Source of the DNA: Hydrolagus affinis
Taxonomy: Eukaryota
Assembly (NCBI GenBank): GCA_012026655.1
Contig: JAAILG010000070.1
Span: forward strand, 62,001 to 126,000
Reading direction: 5' to 3'
DNA length: 64,000 nucleotides
A model generated the notes under the pieces. That model was not told the origin of the DNA and ran no database searches. It saw nothing but the letters and a program-made list of their open reading frames with translations. Position 1 is the stretch's first letter. Each line of letters starts with the position of its first letter. This document shows positions 25,644 through 39,291 of the stretch, piece after piece. The translations under genes and the position numbers were made by a program.

Positions 25644-26334
25644 CAGGTATCCCTCCCCAACCGCGGGGGGATACGGTTCTATAAACCTCCGTGGTTGGTA
25701 AAACCGCAGTTGGAAAATGCAGGGCCCTATGGGAAACATGGGGATNNNNNNNNNNNNNNNNNNNNNNNNNNNNNNNNNNNNNNNNNNNNNNNNNNNNNNN
25801 NNNNNNNNNNNNNNNNNNNNNNNNNNNNNNNNNNNNNNNNNNNNNGGGGGGAGAGTGGGGGAGGGGTGGGTGAGGGGAAGAGAAGGTGAAATAGAGAGAA
25901 GGTGAAAGGGAGACCTTTGTAAAATCCGAGATGCACTCAGAGAGAGAGATAGAGAGATCCCTCTTCAGCCTGAGATACACTTACAGAGAGAGACATCTGC
26001 AGATCCTGGCAACCAATGCTTCCAAACTTACTAGCCAGGCTGCAGAGAAGCGACAATAAATTCATGTTATTGTATTTACCTTAATCCAAAGAGAGAAGCG
26101 TTGTCACTGGTTGATTGCGACATCGTAACTGGGTCCTAGTGCTGTACACTAGCGAGAAGCGACATCGAGGCTGGTTGATACAACTGGATCCTAGTGCTAA
26201 ACACTAGTGTTAGTGTTAAAATCCGTGGATAAACAAAGGTTATAAGCCATGGTTGGTAAGGGTTGTCGCATTTAGCAAACCGTGGATGCATGAGTTTTGT
26301 GGTTGACGAAGCTGCGGTTGGGGAGGGATACCTG
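25644..26334 (+). mobile_element. Tigger/pogo-like MITE family A, copy 1 (spans assembly gap)
   Basis: TA|CAGGTATCCCTCCCCAACCGC ... GCGGTTGGGGAGGGATACCTG|TA terminal inverted repeats with TA target duplication. Confidence 0.9.
25746..25845. other. Assembly gap (100 N)
   Basis: Run of N inside MITE copy 1, bordered by G runs. Confidence 1.
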
Positions 26335-26339
26335 TACAG

Positions 26340-26770
26340 TATAATAATCCTTGCTATTGACTTAGCACCTTATTGCACTGTTGAGACTTCTTAAAGCGCT
26401 TCACAGGACTTTCCTGTAAAGTGCAGTGAGCGACAGTACATAGTAGACAGTTTGCATATAACAATGTGCTAAAACCGACCATGAAGTAAATAGCTAATTT
26501 TATCTTGGGTATTGTTGGCCAAGAGAAACTCCCTTCTCTTTTCTGAGAGAAGAGAGTTTCTCTTGGCCAACAATACCCGAGTTGGCCACCTGAACAAGGA
26601 AATGGAACCTCAATTGCAACATGTCATTGGAAGGACCTTTGACAATGTAGCATACGTAAACTGTTTCGCAAAATCAGCTCAGACCAAGTTCAAAGTCTTG
26701 AATGTGGGGTATGAACCCACAACCTTAATGACTCTGAGGTAAGAGTGCTACCAACTGAGCCTCTGACACC
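26340..26770 (-). mobile_element. Old DeuSINE
   Basis: TGAACCCACAACCTT..TGACTCTGAGGTAAGAGTGCTACCAACTGAGCC (reverse head) plus Deu and tail remnants. Confidence 0.7.
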
Positions 26771-29700
26771 TTTTGAAATGGACTTGCACTACGCTTTCTC
26801 AGCCAAACACTATTCCAAGGCGAGCACCCAAAACCATCCATTCCTGCATTCCCCCTCACTAAGTATATCTGCATCACAATCACAGCATAGACACTGTGAA
26901 GTCAGGCCGTCAGAAAGCTTCATTCCCTGAATCTCAGACATGCAGGCAATTGCTATAGATGGGCAGAGGGAGCTTCAGAGAGGCACGCTAACACATAGCG
27001 ACACTCTCACCCTGAAGCTACTTGTGTCCTTTACATTTCTGTCAGTGTCAAAATGAGTTTAAAGTGCTCTTGAGATGGGTACATGTACTAGGTTGTACGG
27101 GTTAGGAGGTCAAGTTTGAACCCTGATCTATGCCAATTTAGCTGATGAGCACTTGGGACTACAATAAGAAATGTTTTGCATTTTTATAGTGCTTCAACGT
27201 GTAGAAACTTCAAAATATTTTATCATTGTTGTTCAAACGCAGCACCTGTTTTTACCGGCAAAGTGAATCAGCCATTTTGCAAACAGCAAGGTCCAACATA
27301 GCCATGAGGCAAATTATCAATTAATCCAGAAGATTCTTAACCAGTGCTCTTAGAGAAATTCTTCTCACTTTGTTTTGAGACAGCTTTACGGGATTTTTAA
27401 TCACCACTTGAAGAACAGGAGACAGGCTTTCAGTCTAACATTTCACTTGTTCACAGGAACAAATTACATTTATATAGCGCTTTTCACATCAGAAGGGAGA
27501 GTAGGGTAAAAGGGTGGCCGAAGGCACGGTTCAAGAGGACGGTGAGACCTGCTTTGAAGGAGGTAAGAGAGGGCATGAGGTGAAGGAACTGTGGGATAGA
27601 TAATTAAATGGCAGAACAGGCTTGAAGGGCTGAATGGCCTACTCCTGTACCTTATATTCCTTTGTGAGCTCAAGTCCAAACATGAGACTTGAACCCACAA
27701 CTTTCTATCTCACAAAAGTGCTACCAACTTAAAAAGTTAGGATTCAAGTTCCAGGTATTCATATGGCAAAATGCTTGCACATGGATGTCGGCTGACACAG
27801 GGTCTGGCTCAGCTGTGCCATACCTTACAGTTAAATTCTCACTGCTCGGGCTCACACCTGAAGAATGGCCACTCAGGTGAGGCAGCAGAGGGCGCTTCAT
27901 GCCCGTAGAACTGCCACCTGGCATTAGCCGGTGTCTACAGGGGAGGAAAGGAGTGAATTGTGAATCGAGAAACAAAAAATGTTTAAAAATCCATATCCCC
28001 CTGTCCTTTACTACTCTGTCTCACTAAAATAAAAAGGCATTACAATATGTCTACAAAAACCTGTATTTATCTAACCCCTTTCACAAAGGCAGCGGCTTGA
28101 AAAAGCTGGGTTTACAGTCCACATGCCATAGTTTGATATACATAGATGCCAACACAATAAATTCTACCCACAATTTACAAAGTTGCTACAATTGGAAAAA
28201 AAAGGATACGAGAGGACCACAACCGCTTCCAAACATTCGTGACTCCATCACTTGCTCACAGCTCAAATTCAGCATGAAAATATAAAGCACTCAAATAGCT
28301 CTGCCTGGAGCCAGAATCGTGAACAGTGCCTTGCGTGCCCAGTACAACAGCTCTAGCTAATGCACAATGAAACAACCCACCCACTCACCAGCACAGATCC
28401 ATCCCCCTTTTTTTTCCCACAATAGCATTTCCAGAAGGGAGTGAAATCTAAGCAGGAAACTGCATTTTGGTTTGTTTGGTCTTAATTCTCACTGGTAACA
28501 GAATGTGTATTTACCTTAAAAATGCTTCACAGGTAATTATGATCATGTGTATTTGTAGGGAAACAACAGTCAAATTAAGCCTAGCCTCACAAAAGCCGTG
28601 TGACAAATGACCATATATCACTTGGACTAGATGTCCCCAATCCCAAGCCAGTGAAGAACGATAACAGAAAAGTGTCCAAAATGAAACAAATTCACTTTCG
28701 AGTACGGATTTGAAAACAAAAGTAATCAGGAGCTGCCACACCAGAGTAAAAATTGTAACACATGTTAAATCTCAATAAAAACCTGACCTGGACGTGTAAG
28801 ATCTAGACAGAGACATGTATCCAGAAAAGGGAATGTTTCATACAAAACGAGGAAGGCAAGGAACATGAAATACAATAGTAACCTATCCATCTCATCGCCC
28901 ATCCTGCTGTGAAGCAGTTCATTATCAGACTTAATTGCTTTCTGGAACCATAATGGGATCTTGAAATGGATTGTAACCCTGAAAATTTATAAGCTGCTAA
29001 ATATTTTTTTGCTCAATGGAGTTAATGGTGCCGAACTAAATGGTGTTTAATACAGAGGTCCTGTTGAATGTTAATGCAGCAATGGCTGTCAAGTGACAGA
29101 CAGGCCGCCTATTGACATCTTCATTGTGCCAGTGACGCTCTTTATCAGGTCTTATTGCAGTACTCATGCATGAACACTGTGATAAATACAATTGTATTAC
29201 AACTCTCACCTATGGTTTCTAACGCACTGCTGTCACTAACGGATTACAGATTGATAGCAGTCAGCCAGGGTGCTGGAATAGAATTTCCCTTACCCATCCT
29301 AAACTAGGAATATTAAGGGCAACAAGGATGATCCTCACAGTTAGAGGGATGAGTTACAAGGAATAATTTGTTTCGCCCACAAAAATACAGTAAATTTTCC
29401 TACTCCTTCGTCCTGCCCCGTCCTGCCCCGATCCCTCCCCCTCTACTCTTGTCCCTACCTAATTGTACAGCGCCTTGGGACATCCTCTCGACGTGAAAGG
29501 CGTTATATAAATGTCAGTTTTGTTTGTTTGTAATATGACTTGCTGCTGGGTTGTTGATTAATAATCAAGTATTGACGTTGTTGCTGTTTTGGGGATCTTA
29601 GGCTGTTGCATTTGACTACAAACACACAATCGTTACACTTCCCTGAAGTTCTTGGAAGACATTTCAGTATTATAGTTGCTATATCAAATGAAAGAATTAC

Positions 29701-31651
29701 CATTACATGTAGAGCTCTTCAATCTTGAAAAGAGAGACTGCTCTGAAGGGACTTTATTATTAAGATGGGATTGAAAAAGTCATCAAAAGCTGGAATGAGC
29801 GGTCGAAACCATGACTAGACTGTTCAAGAAATAGCTTGATGCCGTAATACTACGTTAGTATGGTTTGTGTTCTAAAATTGTATAGATCAAATAGCCTTCT
29901 ACATCTAAAGGTGCTTTGGAAACTGTAGAACAAACATTGTATGCTGTGTTCAGATGGTTACGTGCATTAAACAGCAGCTGGAGAGAGCGGCAAGTATCCA
30001 ATCCAGCTGATGATTCAGTTTCACAGCACATTGCTCCTTGTGCAAGTTTCATCCACACCAAAGTCCTATGGTAGATTTCATCACATGGGGAAAGGTTTCT
30101 CATGTAGCAATCATTGGTGCAAAACTCAGGCAAACAAGAAAATTCTCTGGGCAGCTATCAGCAGCAATAAAGCACACTGAGGCCCAATGGAAGGTGGCCT
30201 GTGCAGCCCATTTGTTTTTCAGCTTTGAAAAGAATCAACATTTTGGTACTTTGCAGTTTACCTGCAGAACCCTGGGACTTATCTTTCCACCACCAATTAT
30301 GCTCTCAAGTTCATCACATATTTCTGAGTGTTTTTGTAGGAATTCTTCATCTCCCCATGACTGGTCCTGCTATTTTTCCTCAACCCGAAGATAACTTTTG
30401 GTGAATTATATCCTGCTCCGCTGGACATCTCTGAAGGTACCTCACACATGTTTAGAAGATGCTAAAAGGGGAGGAAAGTAATCAACAATTGGAACAGGTC
30501 ACCAGGAAGCAAATAAGAAGCAATATACGAATTAATGGATGGAGCAGCGCTACAATACAGCCTAAACAATATAATAGTCTGTTAGGTTCTGTTAAATATT
30601 TCAAAATTTCAGCCCAAATAACTGCTTTTAACACATTACTGCTTATTACCTTTTATGAAATATATGTCTTCAACCACAAATAAAAACCTGCTGCAACAGG
30701 AGAGTTCCCAAGTTCATTAGTTGTTCAATTACACCGCTAACGGCTGAAGGCAATAATCATGCATGCCTTTGGAAGTCAATAATCATCTATTCAGCAGCTT
30801 CAGAAAATACATAGTTCTGCTGTTCATGCAGAGGGCAGATAGCAGTCAGCCACAGTAGGAGGCTTTCCATTCATTAGCAAGCACTTCTCTCCACACTTGA
30901 ACCACACATATCAAGAGCACAAAGTTACTGCACTCATCATCTAAGATAGCAATGATTTAAGCTGGTGTACTAAAAATGCCAAACATAAGTTCAGATACCA
31001 GCGATAGTGAAGTGACTGAGGCATGGGCTGTACAGTAAGGAAAGGCATATTTTGAACCCTCGCTGTGGCAATATAAAGACAGACCAAAGAGATTCATACC
31101 AACAAATCTCTACTCCTGTTTATCGCCATATGAGCCACCAAACTGAATTCCATTCTGCTGTTCGCTTCCTGCACGCTTGAACATTCCTCTCTCTCAAGTA
31201 TCTATCCATAATTGTCTTTTTAAATAATTTGGGAACTCTACAGTTTATGACAGAGAGATGCACATTCTAACCTCTGTGTAAAGATTTTTTTTAAAAATAG
31301 CCTCCTATTTAATTCTCTTTGTGATTACCTTAAATCTGTGCCCTTGCGTCATTGTTGGGTCAAAAGATTTGCATTATTAAGTTTAAGAAACTGTAGGATG
31401 GGTTTGCAGTAACTCCCCCATTACCTCGCAGCATTTAATAAAACATGATGCCTCCTTGTTATTGCTGTAAAGGCAGTCATGAACACACCATGAGAAAATC
31501 TTCAATGGCTCCAAACCTGCTTTATGAGAGGCTGTAGCAGTACAGCAATTCAGCTTGAAATATAGAGCACAGCTCAATATTTGAGATCCCAGACCAACTA
31601 AGTCACAGTTACACATTGACTCATCTCCGCATTCTTATTCCATTTCATTGT

Positions 31652-31963
31652 GGGGTCCTGTAGCTCAGTGGTTAGAGCACTCGCCTTACAAGCGAGAGAC
31701 CTGGGTTCAATTCCAGGCAGGATGAAACATGGGGCAAGTTTCCTTACTCCACACGCCTAATAATAATCCCTCAAAAAATAAACAATAATAAAAGTGGTCA
31801 TTTCAATCCATGACTGTTTGTAGGACGCTGCTGTGCGCAATTGCCTGCCGCGTTTTCACCCACAAGTATACAGTCAATTCACTTTACAGTATATTCTGTG
31901 AAGCGCTTTGAGACATCTAGAAGACATGAATAGCGCTATATCAAATGCAAGGATTATTATTAA
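31652..31963 (+). mobile_element. Young SINE, full length
   Basis: GGGGTCCTGTAGCTCAGTGGTTAGAGCACTCGCC...GGTTCAATTCC head, Deu-like 3' block, (ATT)n tail. Confidence 0.95.
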
Positions 31964-32959
31964 TACGTCTTTCCTGAAATCAAAGCTCTCACCCGAATGA
32001 ACACCAGACACCTCCATGGAGCTGGTGTGTGTGGTGGTGGTGGTGCTTGTTGGAGAGGGGAGGGGAAAGCTTCTTACTCCTAGCTGCTTGCAAGGGAGGT
32101 ACAGGATCACGTGCTGCTGTGCTTAACAGGGATCAGCTGGAGGGAACTCTTCAAACCAGAAGCACTGCTGTCACATCCAGTGATGGCTGACAGAGAACAA
32201 GCTCACAGGAATAGACACCAAACACAGACATCAGTGAGGCTCACAGCCAGCTCTGTAGAGCAATCGGCTGCAAGCCTGACTCCTAGCCCTTCAAGCATTC
32301 AGCAGAGAACATCGCTATTCAGCCAAGTGTGTTTATGGCAAGTCTCCGGGTTTTCAGTTTTTAGTACTCCCATTTTCTATCTCTTTGCCCATAATCCAAC
32401 AGTTTCTATACCCCATGTGCTATCCCTTTTCAATGATTCTAATGATCTCATTTTCATAGCAGTATGTAATAATGATTCCAAACCCTAAAAGTGTTATAAT
32501 AAACAATAACCTTTTAACCTCTGCCCTGATTATCCTGCTAACAATCCTGAGACAATGCCTCTATTTCCCAAATTAAAGCATATTGTTTCTTCCCCACTCC
32601 CATTTATATTGTGCCCCATCAAAATCTAAACACCTCTACATGATGTTTACCTCCACTAACAAGCAAGTTTCTATTTCCCTCTAGGATACAGGAACGGAGC
32701 AAGATAACTTACGTATGGTTTCGAAACGTGCCTTTTTTTGTTGTTGCAAAATTGACACTTAATATTTTAAATGTTATAGCCAATGTAACGAGAGCTGGAT
32801 TTGAATTAAATGTTCCATTTCCCCCGGCTATAACCTTCCCAAGAGAGTGAGTTGGCTCAGCCCTCTTCTTTATGGCCATCAGCTATCCACAATTCAATGC
32901 ACAAGTTGCCAGCTTCAGTTGGAATGTGAAGAGGCTGTTTATATTGTTTTGCTGGAGCA

Positions 32960-33290
32960 GTTTTGCTCTCCAATTACCACACCATCTCCAACCTCCTTTT
33001 CCAAGGTCCTGGAACGAGTTCTTGCTCCTTTCTCTCTCGCCATTCCCTTTACCAAACCCTCCAATCTGGGTTCCATGCTGCCCACAATACAGAAGCAGCC
33101 TTGGACAAATAACATTCTGTCCATCTGTGTCCAGGACTCCCTTTTCTTCTCGTCCTGCTTGACCTCTTTGCTGCCTTTGATATTATTGACCACTCTATTT
33201 CCCTCCACCGCCTCTCCTCTCACTTCAATGATCATGGTCCTGCCCTTCAGGTCCAACCTTTCACACTGTCTCCACTTCGTCTCCACAAAT
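32960..33290 (+). mobile_element. L2-type reverse transcriptase fragment
   Basis: SFSKVLERV, QSGF...HNTE.AL, LLDL.AAFD..DH motifs spread across frames. Confidence 0.75.
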
Positions 33291-33490
33291 GCTTCTCCTC
33301 AAGTCCCCAGAGTTGCTTTACAAGGAATTGTGAAGGGTTGAAAAAAAAACAGCTAGACGTATTTGCTCCATGTAGTATTCACAGACCTATTTTATTTAAT
33401 TTTGGAACCTTCAAGGACTAAAAACTCCTTTTTAAAAACAAAATCTGTATTTTTATTGTTTAGTTTAAGAATTTCTGAACACGCTCTGCC

Positions 33491-33693
33491 TAATAATAAA
33501 TAATAATCCATGCATTTGATATAGCGCTTTTCATGTCTTCTAGATTGAAATGACCAATTTATTATTCTTTTTTTCAAAGGATTATTATGCGTGTGGGGTA
33601 ACGAAACTTGCCCAAAGTTTCACCCTGCCTGGAATCGAACCCAGGTCTCTCATTTAAAAGGCGAGTGCTCTAACCACTGAGCTACAAAACTCC
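33491..33693 (-). mobile_element. Young SINE, internally deleted
   Basis: Head and tail are present but the central ~100 nt is missing. Confidence 0.88.
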
Positions 33694-34074
33694 ACAAAAA
33701 TATAATAATGCTTACATTTTATGTCAGATCTCGAAGTGCTTCACAGGATTTACTGTACACTGCCACCACTGTGCATTTTGTAGTGGGAATGTGGCAGTCC
33801 ATTTGTGCACAGATCAGTAGACACACAGAACCTACACAGGGTGAATATACAAGCTGGGCACACATCGGTGATTATAGGATGGGTACATCCAAGCCAGTAC
33901 CCAAACCAGGTACACACAGGTTAGAATACAGACCGATTTTCAAAAGTGAAATACATTTTGCAAAGGGCACAACACCCTCTGTGTTTGTACTAACACATTT
34001 CAGACATTAGTGCTGAGAAAGAGATGGTTGTGGGGACTGCAATGAATGCTAATGGACAAGGCTCCTTATTTAAT

Positions 34075-34415
34075 TGCTGGATCTGATGTTTCTGGAAGAC
34101 AAACATGGCAGTTATTTTGCTCATGCCAGTGTCTGATAGACAGCCATAAGTGAATGGCCAATTTATTTGGAAGATTGTGGATGAGGACACAGAGAATCCA
34201 CTCCCTTTCTTTGAATAATCTCATGGGATATTTAATGCTCATCTGAATGGGCAACACTTGGTTTAATGTCTCATCTAAGGAATGTCATCTCTGACAATGC
34301 AGCATCCCTCCCTCCAGGACGAGTGTCAACTTAGACTGTGAGTTCAACTTCCAAGGTAGGGTTTGAAGTCAAACTGTTCTGACCCAAACACAACAGTGCT
34401 ACTAGCTGAGCTGAC
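34075..34415 (-). mobile_element. Old DeuSINE
   Basis: TCATGGGATATTTAATGCTCATCTGAA...GGTTTAATGTCTCATCT...CTGACAATGCAGCA. Confidence 0.7.
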
Positions 34416-35557
34416 ACAAAAACAACAACAACAAATTATATTTGTAGAGCACCTTTCACGTCAGGAGGACATCCCAAGATGCTGAAAAAGATAGGTTGGC
34501 AGGTGGATCTGCATCACCCTGGTGACTGGCATTCTCGTGTCAAACTGAGAAGATCCATCGCTGTAAGTGCTGTTACTGTTGAGTGTTACAGTACAGCATA
34601 CAGATGGTGAGAACGCAATGAATTGCCATAAAAATAGCATCTCCTGATCAGAACCATCATCTAGTCTACATTTTTCAACACATTCCAATCGTCCAAGCAA
34701 TACTAAAATCTCCATACCCAGTAGAAGCAGAAAACAGAGGGCAGTCCAGGGTTACAGAATACCCACTGACACAGCAACTTCCAAAAAAAAAAGGAACTCA
34801 TCTCCTACTTCAGAGCCTTGCTGATGGACTATGCTGTGCAAACACATTCACCAGGCCTCTTCCTGGAAATTACTGATTAATTCATTAGTCACTCACCATA
34901 AGCCTGAGGGTGTGGGTTAGAGAGGGCACGCGCAAAACCTGCCTCCATTGTAAAGCCTTTCCTTTTGCCCATTTCTTGTCCTCTTACAAAATGCTGCCCG
35001 GGATTTTAGCAGGAAAAATGTTGATTGGTGGTGGCAAAATTTTGCTATAAAATCAATCAATTTCCATTTGCAACTGCTCACTCATTTCTTCAATTATATT
35101 TTGAATTTCAGAACTTAAACATCCGGAAGGAACATTGTCAAAAGTAATTGCAAGTTCCCTTCAAATGTTCAGTGTCGACATGAAGCAGGAGTGAGCCACA
35201 TAGAATCGGACAACCCAGCCAACACTCCAATGATTTGTGCTTAGGTATAGCATCTCCAAGCTCGCAAGAGATTCACCAGAGAGAAAGTAGGAATGACGAG
35301 AAGAGGACAGGGCTAGTCATTAACCTACAAAAATAGTCATTACACTTTAGAGCAAATCCTGTGAAGTACTTTGAAGCACTCTATCAAATGCAAGGATCAA
35401 AGAGATCAATTTTCATAGCTGTTTCCAGAAAGCTACAGGGTTCTTTCCTTCCACCAGAGCTTCACACACAGCAATCCTGAATTTTGCCAGTAGCAAAATA
35501 TAGTCACATTTCAATCAAAGGCTTGTATGGCAAAGATGTGTCTAATTGTAACCTATA

Positions 35558-35885
35558 ACAACAACAAAATTAGATTTGTATAACACCTTTCATGTTGGGA
35601 GGATGCTCCAAGGCTCTGGGCAGTCAGCATTTTGGACCCAAGCTGGGGGTAGGGATCGGGCATGCTTGAGTAGAGATTGATTGAAAGCACGTTCAAAGAG
35701 GAGGGCCTTGAAGTGTGTCTTGAAGGTGGCGAGGGATGGAGTTCCAGGAGTGGGGGCAATATGACTGAAAGGGGACAGTTGGAGGTGGAATGTGGGGTCG
35801 AGGATTGATAGGGAGGATGGGAATGTGGACGAGGAATGGTTGGTTATAAGATTCAATGCTGAAAGAAGTCAGAAACTGTAGGCAG
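35558..35885 (-). mobile_element. L2-type 3' end
   Basis: PSLATFKTHFKALLFERAF followed by the tail and (TTG)n. Confidence 0.75.
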
Positions 35886-37699
35886 GTTAACAACCTTATA
35901 TATTCCCCCCTCTACTATAGACACAATAGTGGGGGAACAAAGACTTTGTATTTCATACAATTTTATTATTTCATTCATGAAATGACCTTGTGATACCCCA
36001 ATGGCTTGGTTGGTATGAGTACCTTCTAGTGTTCAATTCACATAGAACCCAGATTTGATTCTCAGGCTGCATTCAGTTAGCTTGAGATGAGCTCAGCCTT
36101 GGGGTTGTTTCAGTGTTCCACAAATAAACCATAAACCATAACCATGTTCCATAAACACAAATCTAAACTGGTGACTGTGAAGCTAGCCCTATACTTATCA
36201 CTAGGGCTCGAAAGAAGCATTTCTGGAAAGCAATCAGAGGTGGTAACACTGCCTCATCACCTCCTCTTCAACTCAGGGAGGAGAGGACAAGTATAGCCCC
36301 ATCTCCTGTTCTGGCTGAAATTTACATCTGCAATCCTCCAGTTTCTACGCTCAGGTCACCTTTACCAACTGGTGACCCGGGAGAACAAATCTATTGAAAC
36401 TCCATTGTTTCGGATGAATCCTCCATTATCTATCTGATCAATTCCTTTTGATTATTTTAATGCAGTATCATGAATTATATCTCAATCCCTACCCCCACAC
36501 CAAGCACGCATACACACGGCTCTTCACTCTCACATATATTGCCAGTTTCTCTCCAATCCCACCCACACAAACTTCTATTACATTGAATTGTAAGACGTAA
36601 GCTGCCTCATACATCGGAAAGTCTGCCGATCTCAGGAGGTTGAACGCTGTTTAGCCAACACACAATTACAGTTTACAAATAATCAGTCTCGCGTCAAAGT
36701 GAAGCCAGAGTGATAGAGGCTCAGACTGCCTGACACTCAGTGCCCAGAGCACCCCACAGCCAATTATATAGTAGGGAGAGCAAAAAATAAATGTACTCCC
36801 ATATGCGCATGTGCACACAGACAAACACATATGCAGAGGTAGACAGAGAGGCACAATTATGCTCTAAACTTACTCCCCCAGATGATGATAGAAGCACTGA
36901 TGCCAGGCAGACGCGATCATGCAGCTGTGAATCTCTCGCTATTTTAAGCAAAAAGGACTATACCATTTTTTTTACACAGCTACAAGCAGCATAGTTCGAA
37001 AGCTACAGAATGTAATCCGGTGTTTCAAAAATTCACTGTTATCTCACACAGCAAGACACGCAAGCACACCTCAAAATTGGGTCACAAAAGCACAGGAAAT
37101 TGAAGTGGCATGTGCCAGAATTCTCCTGGCCTAAAGAGATCAGAAGTTATAAAGCAGTGCTTTTCAATTTAAGGTCAAATTTTTTTTTAGAATGGCTTTG
37201 CACTGTGTGCAGCATCACAAGGACAGGGACACTTGCACTGCAGTACTGACAGGGATAGCTGCAAGACAGCTGACCAGCTCAACACAACATTGTAGGCAGA
37301 CAGACATTGTACATCACCGACCGCCCTTTACTTGCAATCCCTTCAGAAACCCCATCGCATGCCATTCAAAATAGCACAGGTTTATTTTATAATGTGGAGC
37401 TGTCTCAACACACAGCTGGGATTGGATCATACTTACCACAGTACGCCCACGTTTAGCGACAATAAGCCAAACTATTGATTTGTACTAGATACTGCATACA
37501 TTAGTGGTGCATATAGCAATCCCGAGTTACTAATCACTCTCAACTGTGAACATAGGCTTGTAACTGTACTCAATCATGTGACTGGGTTTCTTTGGTCAAA
37601 TGAAGACACACACAGAGAGAGAGTGATGAACACATGCATAGATAAATACACACACTGTGTTGGGGAGTGTGGCTTTGGGAACAAAGATTGCAAGCACCC

Positions 37700-37724
37700 A
37701 GAGAGAGAGAGAGAGAGAGAGAGA
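37700..37724 (+). repeat. (GA)n microsatellite
   Basis: About 12 AG units. Confidence 0.9.
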
Positions 37725-37851
37725 CAAGCACACACAGACATGGAATCAAGTATAGTGACAGGATGACGGTCACACACAAATAATTGTGCGAGAAGAAGCA
37801 GACACTGTAGCACTGGTGCACTTTTAATTCTATTCAGGAGTTTTATAATAA

Positions 37852-38683
37852 GGGAGCCCTGTAGCTCAGTGGTTAGAGCACTCGCCTTACAAGCGAGAGT
37901 CCTGGGTTCAATTCCAGACAGGGCAAAACCTTGCACAAGTTTCCTTACTCCACACGCCTGATAATAATCCCTCAAAAAAAATTGGAAGCTGATCCCATCT
38001 TATTGTCCAGCAGGGACATATCGATCCGGAGCAGGGATTTAAACCTTCGCTGATTTCCGCCCTCACCCAGTTTGTACCTGAGCTGCCACAATTGACACTC
38101 TTGGCACCCTCAAATCTCAGCACGTCCTGATTTGGGTGCAACTGCTGCCAGAGTGAAAGAGAGAGAGGGTGTGTGTATATGTGTGTGTGTATATATAATC
38201 ACTTGAAAGCACAAGCATCTCATTTGCGATGCGTAACATTAAGGCCACGTGGTCTGACATTAAACGGCAAGTCTTTATCTTCTGAAGATCAGAAGACCCT
38301 CACTACTGAACAGGTCATCACAACAATTGAAAACAAACCGCAAGACAAACTAGTCAACGATACCACAAGCTTAACCGCATTTGGAACACTTGACTGATAA
38401 GACTTTTACAGCCAAGTCATAAATTCTCACCTCAGTCAAGATGGTCTCTTGTTAAGAGTAAATGTCAACCCAAAAAATAACTGTTGGGTGGATGTCGAGT
38501 GCGATAAAAATTGGTCATTTCAATCCACGACTGTTTGTGGGACGCTGCTGTGTGCAATTGGTTGCCGCGTTTCGCCCTCAAATATACAGTCAATTCACTT
38601 TACAGTATATTTTGTGAAGCGCTTTGAGACGTTGATTAGATGTGAAAAGCGCTATACTGTATCAAATGCAAGGATTATTATTA
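37852..38683 (+). mobile_element. Young SINE split by a ~520-bp insert
   Basis: Head at 37852-37985 and body/tail at 38506-38683; AAAAATTGG present at both junctions. Confidence 0.8.
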
Positions 38684-38706
38684 GTATAAGATTGTACTTA
38701 GCTTAC

Positions 38707-38800
38707 CTATCCCCCCCTGCCCCCGAAAGAAACTGGAGGATGCATGACAAATTAGCAAAAGAATAAGGGATTCTTGATTTTTTTTTAAGAGCATCAAAGC
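38707..38800 (-). other. Candidate 94-nt non-coding exon
   Basis: Minus strand ACATTCTTTCTCCGCAG acceptor and GATAG|GTAAGC donor. No expression evidence. Confidence 0.3.
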
Positions 38801-39291
38801 CTGCGGAGAAAGAATGTTTCTAGGAAAGAAAGTAGTAGCTGGACTGACATTTCTACTAAGCACCAGGTGGGGGGACATTCTAAGATACGGTATATCTTGC
38901 TTCCGTTTAAATCTCCAGGGAATTCAGATCGGGTCAAGATTGAATTTGTAACAAGTGAAAGGACCATTTTGAAAGGAGAAATTGTATCCATAACTCTTTG
39001 GAGACGATTTTGGCATCGACTCTTGGCACAGCGTCTAAAGCTATAAAAAGATGATACAATTAAGCAGTTTGCTGCAAGGCTGGTAAAACCGCCACGAATC
39101 CTTGCATTTAATCCATCACCCAATTATGGAGAAATGTCTTAAATGCAATTCACGCCTTCTCCTGTGTTCTAACACTGAAATCTTCAGTATTTACTCGAGA
39201 AGCACTGCAAAGGTGACACTGAACAAAGCTTGGTCTACTTGTTCTTCAAGTGGCCACTGAAGATTGGCATTTCTGGATAAAATGGTCGTTC

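Noticed and set aside
25522-25980. ORFs spanning the N run
   Set aside because: Artefacts of the assembly gap.
31652-31730. SINE heads as functional tRNA genes
   Set aside because: No acceptor-stem closure, variable anticodon region, and always attached to the SINE body.
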